DNA of 64,000 bases from an uncultured Parachlamydiaceae bacterium (GCA_963752155.1 CAVVXH010000015.1:1-64000); one strand, 5' to 3'. Numbered from the stretch's first letter, positions 25,806 to 36,879 are shown. Numbers and translations: made by a program. Notes: a model not told the origin generated them from the sequence alone.

Positions 25806-27128
25806 TCACGTGAAAAAATCTATAAATTTACGTTTTTTTCTTTCCGGAAAGTCATCTTCTGAAATTTCAGGATAACGCACTTTCACTCGTTCCATTCCAT
25901 CTTGCTCTACTGTCTCTGAGAAGGCATCAAAAACAAGAGATGGAGGGCAATCAAAACCAATGAGTGGAATCTTTACCTCTAAATCTCGATCAAAACCTCG
26001 TTCTAAATGAGCGACCCAAACCCTAAATGGAATTAATCGAGGCATCGCAAGCGCTTCTTCTTTATCCACGATTGGTGTTATATCCGCTTCTGGAACAGAC
26101 CTTAACTTGCTATTGATGTCGATGTTTAAGTGCTTCAAAGAGGTAATCTTCTTCAATGAAACGAAATCGCAAAAAGAATGTAGTAAAATATTTTTGCATA
26201 CATCTAAACTTTCCAAATTAATTAATTTTGAAATATCACTTGAAAATCCTTTGATATAATTCGTCGATAAATTAAGCGCTCTTAAATTTTTCAACGAATA
26301 AATTCCAGAGGGAATCATTTTAAATTGATTATTTGCCAACACCAAAGTATTTAGGTTCGTTAGAGAAGAAATTGAAACTGGCAGTGTCTTTAAATTATTG
26401 TGAGAAAGATTCAACTGCGCTAAACTTGCCATCCTACAGAGTTCATGTGGAATAAATCTGATACCACACTCTAGCATAATAAATGTTGTTACTTTCTGCA
26501 TATACTTTACTTCAAGAGGGATAATCATGGGGTCTACAGATAAATCATCTTTACTCCTTACAATATTAATCTCTTCTAAATTACGAATCTCATTGAAGTG
26601 TTCTCGAATTTCTTTATCGATTTTTATTTCAGTATTATTTAGTTTTTCAACTGTATCCGTAGAAATGAAAAAAGAAATTGCATTATCTTTAGCCCATTCT
26701 CTGGCATAATTAAATAATGAATTCAAATTAAAATTATTTAGTTTTCGAAATTCACACATATCAAAGTTAATTCCAATGAAATTGCTTAAAGTCGAAAAAC
26801 TTAGAAACCGCACAATCAAACTATTTATTTTCATTTGTTTTAAACATAAGAAAGTTGATCTCGATTTAGTCGCAGAGGTTACACAATCAAAAAAATTTAT
26901 TAACACCTTCGCATTATATAAAATTCTTTTTTTCAAAGAATTTAAAGAACCTTCTCTATCTTTTAAATTGAAGTTTAAGAGGTAAGCTACTTTAGACCAA
27001 ATATTCGATAATTTTACGATATTATAACAATCAACATTTATTTGCCCTAATTTGACAATTAGATCCAAATCATCAGTTAGCCCATTGGCACAACAGTAAG
27101 TAAAATTTATGAATAGGTTTGATGACAT
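25806..27128 (-). CDS. Leucine-rich repeat protein, putative effector
   Basis: About 5-6 LRRs (e.g. LAQLNLSHNNLKTLP, LNTLVLANNQFKMIP); very AT-rich; orphan N-terminus. Confidence 0.85.
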   Translation of the reverse strand: MSSNLFINFTYCCANGLTDDLDLIVKLGQINVDCYNIVKLSNIWSKVAYLLNFNLKDREGSLNSLKKRILYNAKVLINFFDCVTSATKSRSTFLCLKQMKINSLIVRFLSFSTLSNFIGINFDMCEFRKLNNFNLNSLFNYAREWAKDNAISFFISTDTVEKLNNTEIKIDKEIREHFNEIRNLEEINIVRSKDDLSVDPMIIPLEVKYMQKVTTFIMLECGIRFIPHELCRMASLAQLNLSHNNLKTLPVSISSLTNLNTLVLANNQFKMIPSGIYSLKNLRALNLSTNYIKGFSSDISKLINLESLDVCKNILLHSFCDFVSLKKITSLKHLNIDINSKLRSVPEADITPIVDKEEALAMPRLIPFRVWVAHLERGFDRDLEVKIPLIGFDCPPSLVFDAFSETVEQDGMERVKVRYPEISEDDFPERKKRKFIDFFT

Positions 27129-27222
27129 CGATTCTCCTTTCTTTTATTCACATTTTTAAAGAGAGGATAGCACAAGGCTCATGAAAATAGAACGATTTTT
27201 TAAAAATTATTTCGTGCCCGAC

Positions 27223-27296
27223 CGCAAGGACAAATAAATCTCCTGTCATCCTCGTCATTCGTATATGCTTGCCTTGTCGTCCTTGCTGTCCTTGCG
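27223..27296. repeat. Short copy of the 9-bp aaggacrrc / gtccttgyy inverted repeat family
   Basis: cgcaaggaca ... ccttgtcgtccttgctgtccttgcg; same unit as 40190-40482. Confidence 0.65.
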
Positions 27297-27362
27297 CTTA
27301 CTTTTACTTGCCCTAAAATACGATTTGAAGTACGATTTAACCTTTAATAACATTGGAGGAAA

Positions 27363-28298
27363 ATGAAATTACTACTTTCTAAACCTCGTGGTTTTTGCGC
27401 AGGTGTCGATCGCGCCATTGAAACTGTCGAAAAAGCACTAGCCCTCTGGGGTGCACCCATCTACGTCAAACACGAAATCGTTCATAATAAACATGTCGTC
27501 AACGACCTAAAAGCTAAAGGTGCCATCTTTATTGAAGAAATCAAGGATGTTCCCGTTGGTGCTAGATTGATTTATTCTGCCCATGGCGTTTCCCCAGCTG
27601 TCAGAGAAGAAGCACAACAGCGACAACTCATCGAAATTGATGCTACCTGTGGTCTCGTTACGCGCGTACATTCTGCCGTTAAACGCTATGCGTCACAAGG
27701 TTATCAAATTCTTTTGATTGGCCATCGCAATCACGTTGAAATCATCGGCACAGCTGGGGAAGCACCAGAAGTGACGACCATCGTCGAATCTGTTAAGGAT
27801 GTAGAAAATCTTTCTTTCAGCCAAGAAGCTAAATTATTTTATATCACGCAAACAACACTTAGCTTAGATGATGTTAAAGAAATCACCGACGCCCTCATAG
27901 CCAAATATCCCTCCATCATAACTCTACCGAGTTCCTCTATCTGTTATGCGACAACAAATCGCCAACTTGCTTTACGTGAAATTACCGATGTCACAGAACT
28001 TGTACTTGTCGTTGGAGACCCCACTAGCTCAAATTCCAATCGATTACGCGAGGTGGCTTCTCGCAGAGGAATTCCTTCTTATCTGATTAATAACGAAGCT
28101 GAAATAGATCCAAAGTGGCTTGAAGGCGTTAAGACAATAGGGCTCACTGCAGGGGCATCTACACCGGAAGAGATCGTACAAAAATGTATTCAAAGACTCA
28201 TCGGTCTAGGCGTTCAAGAAGTCGAAGATGTTGTTTATGTCACCGAAGATGTCGTTTTCCAACTGCCCAAACCTATTGTAAATGCTTTATCGAACTAA
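27363..28298 (+). CDS. ispH: 4-hydroxy-3-methylbut-2-enyl diphosphate reductase
   Basis: PRGFCAGV, HEIVHN, SAHGV, DATC, ICYATTNRQ, SSNS, TAGASTP. Confidence 0.98.
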   Translation: MKLLLSKPRGFCAGVDRAIETVEKALALWGAPIYVKHEIVHNKHVVNDLKAKGAIFIEEIKDVPVGARLIYSAHGVSPAVREEAQQRQLIEIDATCGLVTRVHSAVKRYASQGYQILLIGHRNHVEIIGTAGEAPEVTTIVESVKDVENLSFSQEAKLFYITQTTLSLDDVKEITDALIAKYPSIITLPSSSICYATTNRQLALREITDVTELVLVVGDPTSSNSNRLREVASRRGIPSYLINNEAEIDPKWLEGVKTIGLTAGASTPEEIVQKCIQRLIGLGVQEVEDVVYVTEDVVFQLPKPIVNALSN

Positions 28299-28371
28299 GA
28301 AAGGAATAATTATTGTTTCAATTGTATGAGCTCTGATAATATCCTTTCTAAAGACTTAAGGAGCTTAAACC

Positions 28372-30765
28372 ATGTTAGGATTTTTTCGCAAATATCAACG
28401 TTATTTTTTTCTCTTCATCACTGTCATCATCGTGATCTCGTTTTCATTTTTTGGCACTTACAACACATTGCCAAGCGAAAATTCAAGAGAACTGCCTGCT
28501 TTTCGTGCTGTAGATGGTACTTATGTTTCTCGTGGAGAACTTGATAACATGGTCCAATTCCTCGCTACAGACATCAATGACAATGCCCTTTTAACTATCC
28601 GTGGATGGCCTAATTTCCTAAATGACGGAGCTATTAAAACTGATTTGCTTCAAGGGGGAATTGCTGAACTTTTAGCGACACAGTTTGCTGCAGATCTAAG
28701 TCCAGATTACGAAGCTCGTCACGATATTGAAAAGCGTTATAACCTTTATACTCATCCGCAGGTCAAATTTGTATCTACCGAACAAGCTTGGAACTATTAC
28801 GCCCCTTCAAAATTAGCTAATTTTCAAGCACTCCAACGTGCTGAAAAGCCTTTAGACCCATCAGCTTTTGCCGCACGGGTACGCCTTTATCTCGATGAAA
28901 AGACTTTTCCTCCTCAAACACTTTCCCAAGTGCTTAGATTCCAAGAAAGGCAATATTCATGGCTAACTCCTGATCAAAATCTTTCTCAGTCAGATCTATA
29001 TCTTTTCGGCTATCACACTACTGAAGATTGGTTTGGCCCCCGTTTCATGCGAATTGCGGCTCAATTTTACATTAACAGCGCAAAAATTGCTGAACAGCGA
29101 GGGTATCAAGTTTCCAAATCTGAAGCACTTGCAAGCTTAATTCACAATGCAAACTTAAGCTTTCAACAAAATCAACGTAATCCACAGCTGGGGGTGACCT
29201 CCAGTCAAGAATATTTTAGTGAACAGCTTCGACGTATGGGAATGGACCAAAATCGCGCAATCAAAGCATGGCAAAATGTTCTTCTAACACGTCGTTTATT
29301 CCAAGACGCTGGAAGCTCCGTATTCACTTCCCCTATCTTATTTTCCAACTTTATCCAACATGGAAAGGAATCTGTCACTGGCGATCTCTATCAGCTCCCC
29401 AAAGAACTTAAATTGAGCAGTTACCGAGCTTTACAAAAATTTGAACTCTATTTAGATAGCGTCGCAAAACGTACCCAAGAAGATAAAGCTGATCTCACAT
29501 TGCCGAGGAATTTCCTCACTCCTTCTGAAGTAGCTCAGAAATTCCCAGAACTGATCCAAAAGCGTTATTTGCTAGATATTGTTCATGTAGATAAAGAAGA
29601 TTTGCTCACTAAAGTAAGCATCAGAGACACATGGAATTGGGAAGCCAACGAAGCAAATTGGTCAAAACTAACCAATGAGTTCCCTGAGCTTGGTATAAAA
29701 AATGCAACCACTAACAACGAACGGCTCGCTGCTCTTGATAGCCTGAGTGAAAAAACGCGGATAAAAGTCGATAATTTTGCTCGGGCTCAAATTCTAGAGT
29801 TACATCCAGAATGGATTACAACTGCTCTTCAAACCGGTTCCCCTGTCCGAACCTCCGTCCAACTCCCTTTAAAAGGAGAACCTGGAGATCCCTTTGTAGG
29901 AGTAACAGATGCGGCCAACCTCATTTCGCTATTCGATGAAGCACCCATTGGCAATGAAGAACTTAATCCAAAACTCGCTTCTTTCACTTCCGATCAACGT
30001 CATTTTTATCGAATCAATGTGATCGAGCGTTTACCGGAAGAAGAGATTCTAACTTTCGCCGCAGCGAACAAACAAGGGATCCTAGACAAACTTTTAGACC
30101 GTGAACTACAAGCCCATTATTTAAAAATTCGCGAAGCAGAAGCTTTTCAAAAAAGTGACAAAACTTGGAAAGAATTTACGGATGTTAAGGAGCTCGTTGC
30201 CGACAACTATTTTGCGGATCTTTTAAAAGCCATTCAAGCTAAAGAAGGCAATGGGAAAATGCTTACTGGGGCTCTCTCTGCGCCTCTTAGGTTAAACGCC
30301 TATGTTTTAGCAGTTAAAAAGAATCTGCAAACATCTTCTTCCGATGCCCCAGATGAGATCAAAATAAAAGAAAACGATGCTTCCAAAGAAAGCTCCAACG
30401 AAAAATTAATGGCTGCAAAGCCTTTAAAGGATCAGTGGAAATTAGAAAAAGAATCTTTTCATATTGATCGTAGTGATAAAAACACGTTCATCAACCCTCA
30501 AGAAGCTTTTGCTCTAAAGATTGGCGCATGGTCTGAAATCAATCAATCGCCAAATGGAGCCCTCTCTTTTTATCATAAACTCGAAAATAAAAATGAGGGC
30601 GATGCAGCTCTTCTGTTAAAAAAGGATCAACAGGCTCACGAGTTACTTTCTGGAGAAATCCAACGGATTTTAGCTTCTCAACTGATTGCAGAATTCAAGT
30701 CTAAAAACGCCATTTCGTTAGATTATTTAAATACTGCCACCGAGATGACTTCCGATGAACAATAA
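28372..30765 (+). CDS. Large membrane-anchored hypothetical protein (SurA-N/PpiD-like N-terminus)
   Basis: MLGFFRKYQR plus a single TM helix resembles the PpiD-type anchor; 797-aa uninterrupted ORF. Confidence 0.6.
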   Translation: MLGFFRKYQRYFFLFITVIIVISFSFFGTYNTLPSENSRELPAFRAVDGTYVSRGELDNMVQFLATDINDNALLTIRGWPNFLNDGAIKTDLLQGGIAELLATQFAADLSPDYEARHDIEKRYNLYTHPQVKFVSTEQAWNYYAPSKLANFQALQRAEKPLDPSAFAARVRLYLDEKTFPPQTLSQVLRFQERQYSWLTPDQNLSQSDLYLFGYHTTEDWFGPRFMRIAAQFYINSAKIAEQRGYQVSKSEALASLIHNANLSFQQNQRNPQLGVTSSQEYFSEQLRRMGMDQNRAIKAWQNVLLTRRLFQDAGSSVFTSPILFSNFIQHGKESVTGDLYQLPKELKLSSYRALQKFELYLDSVAKRTQEDKADLTLPRNFLTPSEVAQKFPELIQKRYLLDIVHVDKEDLLTKVSIRDTWNWEANEANWSKLTNEFPELGIKNATTNNERLAALDSLSEKTRIKVDNFARAQILELHPEWITTALQTGSPVRTSVQLPLKGEPGDPFVGVTDAANLISLFDEAPIGNEELNPKLASFTSDQRHFYRINVIERLPEEEILTFAAANKQGILDKLLDRELQAHYLKIREAEAFQKSDKTWKEFTDVKELVADNYFADLLKAIQAKEGNGKMLTGALSAPLRLNAYVLAVKKNLQTSSSDAPDEIKIKENDASKESSNEKLMAAKPLKDQWKLEKESFHIDRSDKNTFINPQEAFALKIGAWSEINQSPNGALSFYHKLENKNEGDAALLLKKDQQAHELLSGEIQRILASQLIAEFKSKNAISLDYLNTATEMTSDEQ

Positions 30766-31609
30766 CTCAAAAGTTGCCGTAATCATTGTCACACACAATA
30801 GTGATAGACATCTCGACAAATGCATGGAATGCTTGGAGGCCCAGAAATCGAGGGCGGAGCAAATCATCATTGTCGACAGCGGCTCTTCCGATTGCAATTA
30901 TCTGCAAAAATATTCGAATAGACAAGGGATGAAAATCATTACGGGAAACCGCGACATAGGTTTTTGTCGCGGTAATAACCTAGGGCTTGCTCACGTAAAT
31001 GCAACTATTGAGTATGTTCTTTTCCTTAACCCAGATGCCTTTATCATGCCTTCCTTTATTCAAAAAGCTGTTGGATTTATGGAAGAAAATTCGAATAAAC
31101 AATGTGGAGCTCTCACAGGAACAACCTTAGGCTATTCTATTGAAAAAAATGCCCCTACAGGTCTCTACGACACGACCGGTGTTTTCCAATCTTGGTGGGG
31201 ACGTTGGTATGACCGGGGTCAGGGAGAAGTGCGCAATCCGCAAAAATACAGAACGACTGAACGCATTCCTGCGATCTGTGGAGCGGTCTTTTTCACGCGC
31301 CATTCAGCTTTAAAAGAAGTGATGCTTCCAAAAGGAGATTACGAACTTTTTGACACCCGTTTTTATATGTATAAGGAAGATATCGATCTTTCTTTACGTT
31401 TAAAAAAGCGTGGATGGAACCTGATGTTCGTGCCAGACGTCGTTGCCTTTCACTGCCGCGGATGGAATCCCGATCGCCAAACGATGCCCAAAAAAATGCG
31501 CATGCATTCAGCTACAAATGAGTTACGTATCCATTGGAAACTGAAATCCCCCATTCCATTGATCTATTCTTTTTTTAAATATTGTGCTGTCAAATACCTC
31601 AACATCTGA
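30755..31609 (+). CDS. Glycosyltransferase family 2
   Basis: VIIVTHNS, IVDSGSSD, GFCRGNNLG, LFLNPD, FYMYKEDIDL. Confidence 0.93.
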   Translation: MNNNSKVAVIIVTHNSDRHLDKCMECLEAQKSRAEQIIIVDSGSSDCNYLQKYSNRQGMKIITGNRDIGFCRGNNLGLAHVNATIEYVLFLNPDAFIMPSFIQKAVGFMEENSNKQCGALTGTTLGYSIEKNAPTGLYDTTGVFQSWWGRWYDRGQGEVRNPQKYRTTERIPAICGAVFFTRHSALKEVMLPKGDYELFDTRFYMYKEDIDLSLRLKKRGWNLMFVPDVVAFHCRGWNPDRQTMPKKMRMHSATNELRIHWKLKSPIPLIYSFFKYCAVKYLNI

Positions 31610-31621
31610 ACATTCCTATTT

Positions 31622-32911
31622 ATGCAACAAGTTTTAGAGAAACGTTCCGCATTTTTATTGCTCTTGTTTACTCTTCCACTCCTTTTTTTTCCTAAAATCA
31701 ATCTCATCAGTTTTGAGCAAGAAACTGCGGGATTAAGGCTTGACGATCTCATCCTGCTTAGCTTTAGTTTAGTTTGCTTCTGGGCAAATTTTGCGATGCG
31801 AAAGAAAATTTCATCTATTGAAGCTACCCTTTTTGCGATTGTTGGATTATCTCTTTTTTCCTTTTGCATGAACCGGCTATTCTTTGCAGCAGACATCCTA
31901 CCTGTCCGTGCTTCTTTTTTCTATTGTTTCCGCACTTTAGAATATTTTTTATTTTTCTACATCGGAGGACTCGCCTTTCGCTTTTGCCGTATTGAAACTA
32001 TTGTGAAGGCATTTTTTGTTTGGAATTTCATTCTTATGATTTTACAGAAATTACAAATCATTGGGATTTTCAGTGTCGAAGGATATATTGCTAAACCAGA
32101 TGATCGAATGCTTGGCATCGCCTCCTTTGGCTCAGAAATAGGCTTATTGCTCAATTTGCTTTTTTGCTTTCTCATTTACCAGCCAAAGACAAGCCATTCA
32201 CCCTTTTTCTTAATTCCATCGGAACTTAAAAGAGCTCTTAACATTGTCTATCCTTATGTTTTGTTGTTATTATTCATCTTTTTAGTGGTACTGTCAGGGG
32301 CTAGGATGGCAATCGTTGCGCTTTTCGTTTCATTTATACTGTTCCTCAAAGGGCATATCGACTGGAAAAAACCGACAACTTTTCTTTTACCGCTGATAAC
32401 ATTGTCAGGGGGCATTGGATTGATGATTTTTTTTCTCTACAATGCCTCTGGAATCGTTGAAAGAAGCGAAGGTTTGCTCTCTCTCGATAATTTTGGTCTT
32501 ATCTCTACAGTGTGGGATAACATCGCTTTAGAGTATGATCCGATTGGAAAGGAATCTGTCAGACAGGGTCTGCATGATACAAGCTGGTGGATGCGCATTC
32601 ATAAATGGTGCTATGTGCTAAAGATCTATTGGTTGCATCCGGAAAGCTGGCTGCAAGGAGTGGGTCCTGGCTTTGCGATGCCTGCATTGGATGGTGGATA
32701 CTTGCGGATTTTGACAGAGCTGGGTGTTATTGGTTGCCTCTTGTACGGACGTCTTTTTTATCTCATAGCGAAACAAACTCCTCAGCTCTATTGGATGATG
32801 ATTGCCTTCTTGCTGAACATGCTCTTTTTTGATGTGTACTTGGCCTACAAACCTATGAGCTTGCTATTCTTGATTGTAGGATATGCTTATGCCAGTGAGG
32901 AAAGATGCTAA
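31622..32911 (+). CDS. Polytopic membrane protein, O-antigen ligase/polymerase-like
   Basis: About 11 TM segments, LSGARMA, GVGPG...DGGYLRILTELG; downstream of a GT2 gene. Confidence 0.65.
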   Translation: MQQVLEKRSAFLLLLFTLPLLFFPKINLISFEQETAGLRLDDLILLSFSLVCFWANFAMRKKISSIEATLFAIVGLSLFSFCMNRLFFAADILPVRASFFYCFRTLEYFLFFYIGGLAFRFCRIETIVKAFFVWNFILMILQKLQIIGIFSVEGYIAKPDDRMLGIASFGSEIGLLLNLLFCFLIYQPKTSHSPFFLIPSELKRALNIVYPYVLLLLFIFLVVLSGARMAIVALFVSFILFLKGHIDWKKPTTFLLPLITLSGGIGLMIFFLYNASGIVERSEGLLSLDNFGLISTVWDNIALEYDPIGKESVRQGLHDTSWWMRIHKWCYVLKIYWLHPESWLQGVGPGFAMPALDGGYLRILTELGVIGCLLYGRLFYLIAKQTPQLYWMMIAFLLNMLFFDVYLAYKPMSLLFLIVGYAYASEERC

Positions 32912-32926
32912 GATATTTTTTTCCCG

Positions 32927-33640
32927 CTACCTTTGCTGAATACTCCCTTCCCAACACTTGATATACTCAAGAAAAGCTTCCTTCGAGGGATATTGCTTCA
33001 GCAAATCCATAGTTTCCGACTGGCTACAAAGCAACGCAATCTTTGCTAGCAAATGTAAATGACGCTTGTCTTCACACGCGAACAAAAAGAAAAGAGTATG
33101 CACAGGTTGACCATCCAAGGCTCCATATTCAATCGGTTCCTTCAGAAAAGCAACAAAAACCACATCCTGCGCTTTAATCAAAAAATCACGCGTATGAGGA
33201 ACTCCAATACCATTATTTAAAGCAGTAGGCTGTAATCGTTCACGATCCCACAACAGCTCAAAAAGCATCTCAGCATCGAGGTCTAAACTCGCTGCAATTT
33301 CATCCATCGCAGTCCTTAAAAGCTCTTCCTTGGTGCTTCCTTTGACGGATGTAAGTACTTTACCCTTATGCAAGGCTCGGTAAAGACCAAATTGTTTAAT
33401 TCCACCTTTAAATGTCATTGCCTCATCTTCAGCAGAAATAAGCTTTATTCCCTCTACTTTAGCTGTATTAAAGGGATGATCCATCTTATGATTCATCATC
33501 CAATTTTGAATTTCTCCACGAGAAAAACAATATTGCTCATTTAAGCGATAAGCGGGTATACTCCCTTCAGCAAGCCACTGATGGATTGTCGTTTCAGAAA
33601 CATTCAGTAAATCTGCAACATCTTTTACTTTAAAATCCAT
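32927..33640 (-). CDS. ptsN: HTH-fused PTS IIA (nitrogen-regulatory type)
   Basis: N-terminal excisionase-like HTH (VKDVADLLNVSETTI); IIA domain with GIGVPH. Confidence 0.9.
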   Translation of the reverse strand: MDFKVKDVADLLNVSETTIHQWLAEGSIPAYRLNEQYCFSRGEIQNWMMNHKMDHPFNTAKVEGIKLISAEDEAMTFKGGIKQFGLYRALHKGKVLTSVKGSTKEELLRTAMDEIAASLDLDAEMLFELLWDRERLQPTALNNGIGVPHTRDFLIKAQDVVFVAFLKEPIEYGALDGQPVHTLFFLFACEDKRHLHLLAKIALLCSQSETMDLLKQYPSKEAFLEYIKCWEGSIQQR

Positions 33641-33670
33641 ACTGCGCTCCTTTTGAAATTAATAATGCCC

Positions 33671-34117
33671 CTAACAGCTAAATAAATTAACAATAGCTTC
33701 TTTCGAATTTGATGTTAAGATTTTTTTTCTTCTCTCTTCATCCTTAACTGCAAACGTCAAAGAAGACAAAATTTGCAAATATTCTGTCTGTCTATCATCC
33801 GGACCGCCAATCATAAAAATAAGTCTAACAGGAGCATGATCCATCGATTTCCACTCCACACCACGTTTTAAAATAGCTATTGCAATAAAAAAATCGTTGC
33901 AATGTGGAAGCTTTGCATGTGGGATGGCGACCCCCATTCCTATACCTGTCGAGATAATTTTTTCCCGCTCCATTATTGCATCATAGAAACTCTTGCGATT
34001 ATGCAGTTTGTGATCATTTTCAAGGAGGTCGACAAGGGCATTTATAGCTTCATCCCGAGTATGGATATCTAAAAATGTCACTAACGATGGAGCCATATAT
34101 TTAGAAATGTGAATCAT
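33671..34117 (-). CDS. ptsN: PTS IIA (nitrogen-regulatory type)
   Basis: REKIISTGIGMGVAIPHAK. Confidence 0.92.
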   Translation of the reverse strand: MIHISKYMAPSLVTFLDIHTRDEAINALVDLLENDHKLHNRKSFYDAIMEREKIISTGIGMGVAIPHAKLPHCNDFFIAIAILKRGVEWKSMDHAPVRLIFMIGGPDDRQTEYLQILSSLTFAVKDEERRKKILTSNSKEAIVNLFSC

Positions 34118-34125
34118 AATTGCAC

Positions 34126-34626
34126 TTAATTATAAACGCCTGTATGGCCAAAGCCATTTTCTCCCCGCGCCGTATTTCCAAGCTCGGTGACTGAAACAAA
34201 AAGTGCTCGACAAACCGGTGCTAAAACTAGCTGTGCAATCCGCATCCCTCGTTTCACGACAAAATCCTTTTTGCCATGATTGATGAGTATGACTTTAATT
34301 TCACCTCGATAATCTGCATCAATCGTTCCTGGTGTATTCAAAACGGTCACTTGATCTTTCGCAGCAAGCCCGCTTCGAGGTCTCACCTGAATCTCATACC
34401 CTTTTGGAATCTCCACTCGCACTCCTGTCGGTACAGGCATCGAACTTCCTGATGGTATGATTAAATCAGCATCAATGCAAGCTTTTACATCTGCACCGGC
34501 AGCTAATTCTGTGGCATAAACCGGCACGAACTCTTGATTCTCAACACACAGAGAAACCTTAACTACATTTTCTTCAGCGCACATCATATGTCTAATGGAA
34601 CTCCTATTTTTTAAGCAATGATTCAA
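34126..34626 (-). CDS. dut: dUTP diphosphatase (true start probably ~13 codons downstream)
   Basis: [38 protein letters not shown]. Confidence 0.97.
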   Translation of the reverse strand: MNHCLKNRSSIRHMMCAEENVVKVSLCVENQEFVPVYATELAAGADVKACIDADLIIPSGSSMPVPTGVRVEIPKGYEIQVRPRSGLAAKDQVTVLNTPGTIDADYRGEIKVILINHGKKDFVVKRGMRIAQLVLAPVCRALFVSVTELGNTARGENGFGHTGVYN

Positions 34627-35471
34627 TTTTCATTACCGGATAAAATATCCAGTAACTCTACAAGTTTATTCTTCAGATCATGACGTCGGACAATACAATC
34701 GATCATCCCATGATCAAGTAAAAATTCTGATTTTTGTGCTCCTGCTGGCAATTTTTGTCCGATCACCTGTTCGATCACGCGAGGTCCTGCAAAACATATT
34801 AATGCATTAGGCTCGGCTATAATTATATCACCTAAGGAAGCAAAAGAGGCTGTCACGCCACCGGTAGTAGGATTTGTTAAGACGGAAATATAAGGGATTT
34901 TAGCTTTATCTAAACGTGCTAAAGCTGCTGATGTTTTTGCCATCTGCATTAAAGAAAGAAACGATTCTTGCATCCGTGCTCCGCCTGAACTAGAAACAAT
35001 CACCAAAGGCAAACGGTTAGCTAAAGCATGTTCGATGATTAAAGTGATTCTCTCCCCTACTGCAGTACCCATGGACCCACCCATAAAGTTAAAATCGAAA
35101 ATGGCAATGGCAATAGGCCTCTGAGCCAATTGACAACAACCTACGACCACAGCTTCATCATGCCCGGATTTTTCAATAGCATTTGCTAAACGATCTGTAT
35201 ATTTTTCAGTATCTTCGAATTCTAATACATCTTGAGATTGAACATCGGTAAACATTTCTTCAAAAGTATCCGGATCAGCAAGGCTGCTTAAACGTTCATC
35301 GACAGATAGGCGATAATGATAATCACATTTTGGACAACAGTTGCTATTGCGCTGCAATTCATTAGCATGAATGAGCTCCGTGCAATGTGTACATTTTAAC
35401 CATCCACTGAACCCATCTTTTTTTGTCGTAGAAATCTTTATTTTGGGTTTTTCTCTTGAAAACAACCTCAT
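34623..35471 (-). CDS. accD: Acetyl-CoA carboxylase carboxyltransferase beta subunit
   Basis: Zn finger CxxC...Cxx[27 protein letters not shown]. Confidence 0.98.
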   Translation of the reverse strand: MRLFSREKPKIKISTTKKDGFSGWLKCTHCTELIHANELQRNSNCCPKCDYHYRLSVDERLSSLADPDTFEEMFTDVQSQDVLEFEDTEKYTDRLANAIEKSGHDEAVVVGCCQLAQRPIAIAIFDFNFMGGSMGTAVGERITLIIEHALANRLPLVIVSSSGGARMQESFLSLMQMAKTSAALARLDKAKIPYISVLTNPTTGGVTASFASLGDIIIAEPNALICFAGPRVIEQVIGQKLPAGAQKSEFLLDHGMIDCIVRRHDLKNKLVELLDILSGNEN

Positions 35472-35674
35472 GCCATCGTCCTTTAATAAAGTTTGATTTT
35501 TCTAGTTTTACAATCTCTCATAGATATCATTCTATGATAAATTTCACCTAATGACAAGGATTTTCCAAACGATGCGGCAAATGCTGCTTGCCATATTTTA
35601 ATTAAATGATTTAACCTTCGACCAAGGGTATCTTAAAAGAGACACAAATTTAACTGAATGATAGGAGAATTATT

Positions 35675-36280
35675 ATGTCATATGAACTTCCCCCTTTGCC
35701 CTATGCACTTGATGCATTAGAGCCAATCATAAGCGCAGAAATCATGTCTTTGCATTACAATAAGCATCATCAAGCTTATGTCACAAATCTCAATAAAGCA
35801 TTAGAGGCTTATGGAAAAGCTGAACAAAACAATGATCTAGCAAAAATGGTCGAATTGCAATCTGCCATCAAATTCAATGGCGGTGGGCATATAAACCATT
35901 CGATTTTCTGGACAAATTTGGCTCCAATAAATAAAGGTGGAGGCGTACCTCCCACGGGGGCGCTCCTCAAAGCAATTGAAGAAAAGTGGCATTCTTTTGA
36001 TAAATTTATCGAAGACTTTAATGCTGTGACTGGGGCTATTCAAGGATCAGGTTGGGGATGGCTTGGCTACCATAAAGAAAAAAAATGCTTACGTATTTTA
36101 ACCTGTCAGAATCAAGACCCTCTAAGCACATTGGGATACGTTCCATTGCTTGGGATCGATGTTTGGGAACATGCGTACTATTTGCAATACAAAAACGTGC
36201 GTCCGGATTATCTCAAAGCCATTTGGAAAATCGTGAACTGGAAGAATGTAGAAGAACGGTACGCAGAAGCCTCAAAATAG
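35675..36280 (+). CDS. sodA: Superoxide dismutase (Fe/Mn family, probably Mn)
   Basis: [27 protein letters not shown]. Confidence 0.95.
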   Translation: MSYELPPLPYALDALEPIISAEIMSLHYNKHHQAYVTNLNKALEAYGKAEQNNDLAKMVELQSAIKFNGGGHINHSIFWTNLAPINKGGGVPPTGALLKAIEEKWHSFDKFIEDFNAVTGAIQGSGWGWLGYHKEKKCLRILTCQNQDPLSTLGYVPLLGIDVWEHAYYLQYKNVRPDYLKAIWKIVNWKNVEERYAEASK

Positions 36281-36368
36281 TGAGGGCTGGTAAAGACTGC
36301 GATATTAGGGGATTTAAGCGAGACAGTTGCCTACGGCGCCCCCTAATGGGAAATAACAAATTTTTAAA

Positions 36369-36664
36369 GCGCCTTGCCATTGGTGCCTGACCTGATATTC
36401 TGACATTTGCCTACAATGATAACGTAACCTCCCAGGAGGGCAAATGTCAGAATGTCAGGTCTGGAACCAAGGCTAAACGTTACCTCTCAGAATTTAGTAT
36501 CTTGTTATTAATTGAAAACGACGCTTTTTTCAGTTGCGTAAATCTTGGGGGTAACGTTTCAGCCTTGGTTCCAGACCTGACATTCTGACATTTGCCCTTT
36601 AGGAAGCAATGTTATCGCATCGGCAAATGTCAGAATATCAGGTCAGGCACCAATGGCAAGGCGC
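36369..36664. repeat. 296-bp palindromic element (REP-doublet/MITE-like), copy 1
   Basis: 43-bp terminal IR gcgccttgccattggtgcctgacctgatattctgacatttgcc plus an internal IR pair; further copies at 49393 and 62740. Confidence 0.9.
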
Positions 36665-36680
36665 AAACTTGTTATTTAGG

Positions 36681-36769
36681 AGGCACGAAGGCGCAAAGAG
36701 CACAAAGAGATCTTACATGTAAAATTCTTCACGTAAGATCTCCTTTGTGCTCTTTGCGCCTTCGTGCCT
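36681..36769. repeat. Hairpin with ~36-bp stem built from 9-nt units (gcrcaaaga-type)
   Basis: aggcacgaaggcgcaaagagcacaaagagatcttac ... gtaagatctcctttgtgctctttgcgccttcgtgcct. Confidence 0.85.
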
Positions 36770-36879
36770 TTGCGTTTAACTTTTACTATATAGCTTCAAA
36801 CCTTCTTCAAAAAAACTAGCCTTCTATTAGAGAATATGATATTGTAAAGCAACACACTTAAAATTAAATAAGGTATATT

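Noticed and set aside
36369..36769. CRISPR array interpretation of the repeated ~33-bp units
   Set aside because: Units alternate in orientation, the spacers are conserved between loci rather than unique, and no cas genes are present.
36592..36819. 75-aa ORF (likewise 43351-43599 and 36085-36390)
   Set aside because: These lie within palindromic repeats or overlap sod; no credible RBS or protein features.
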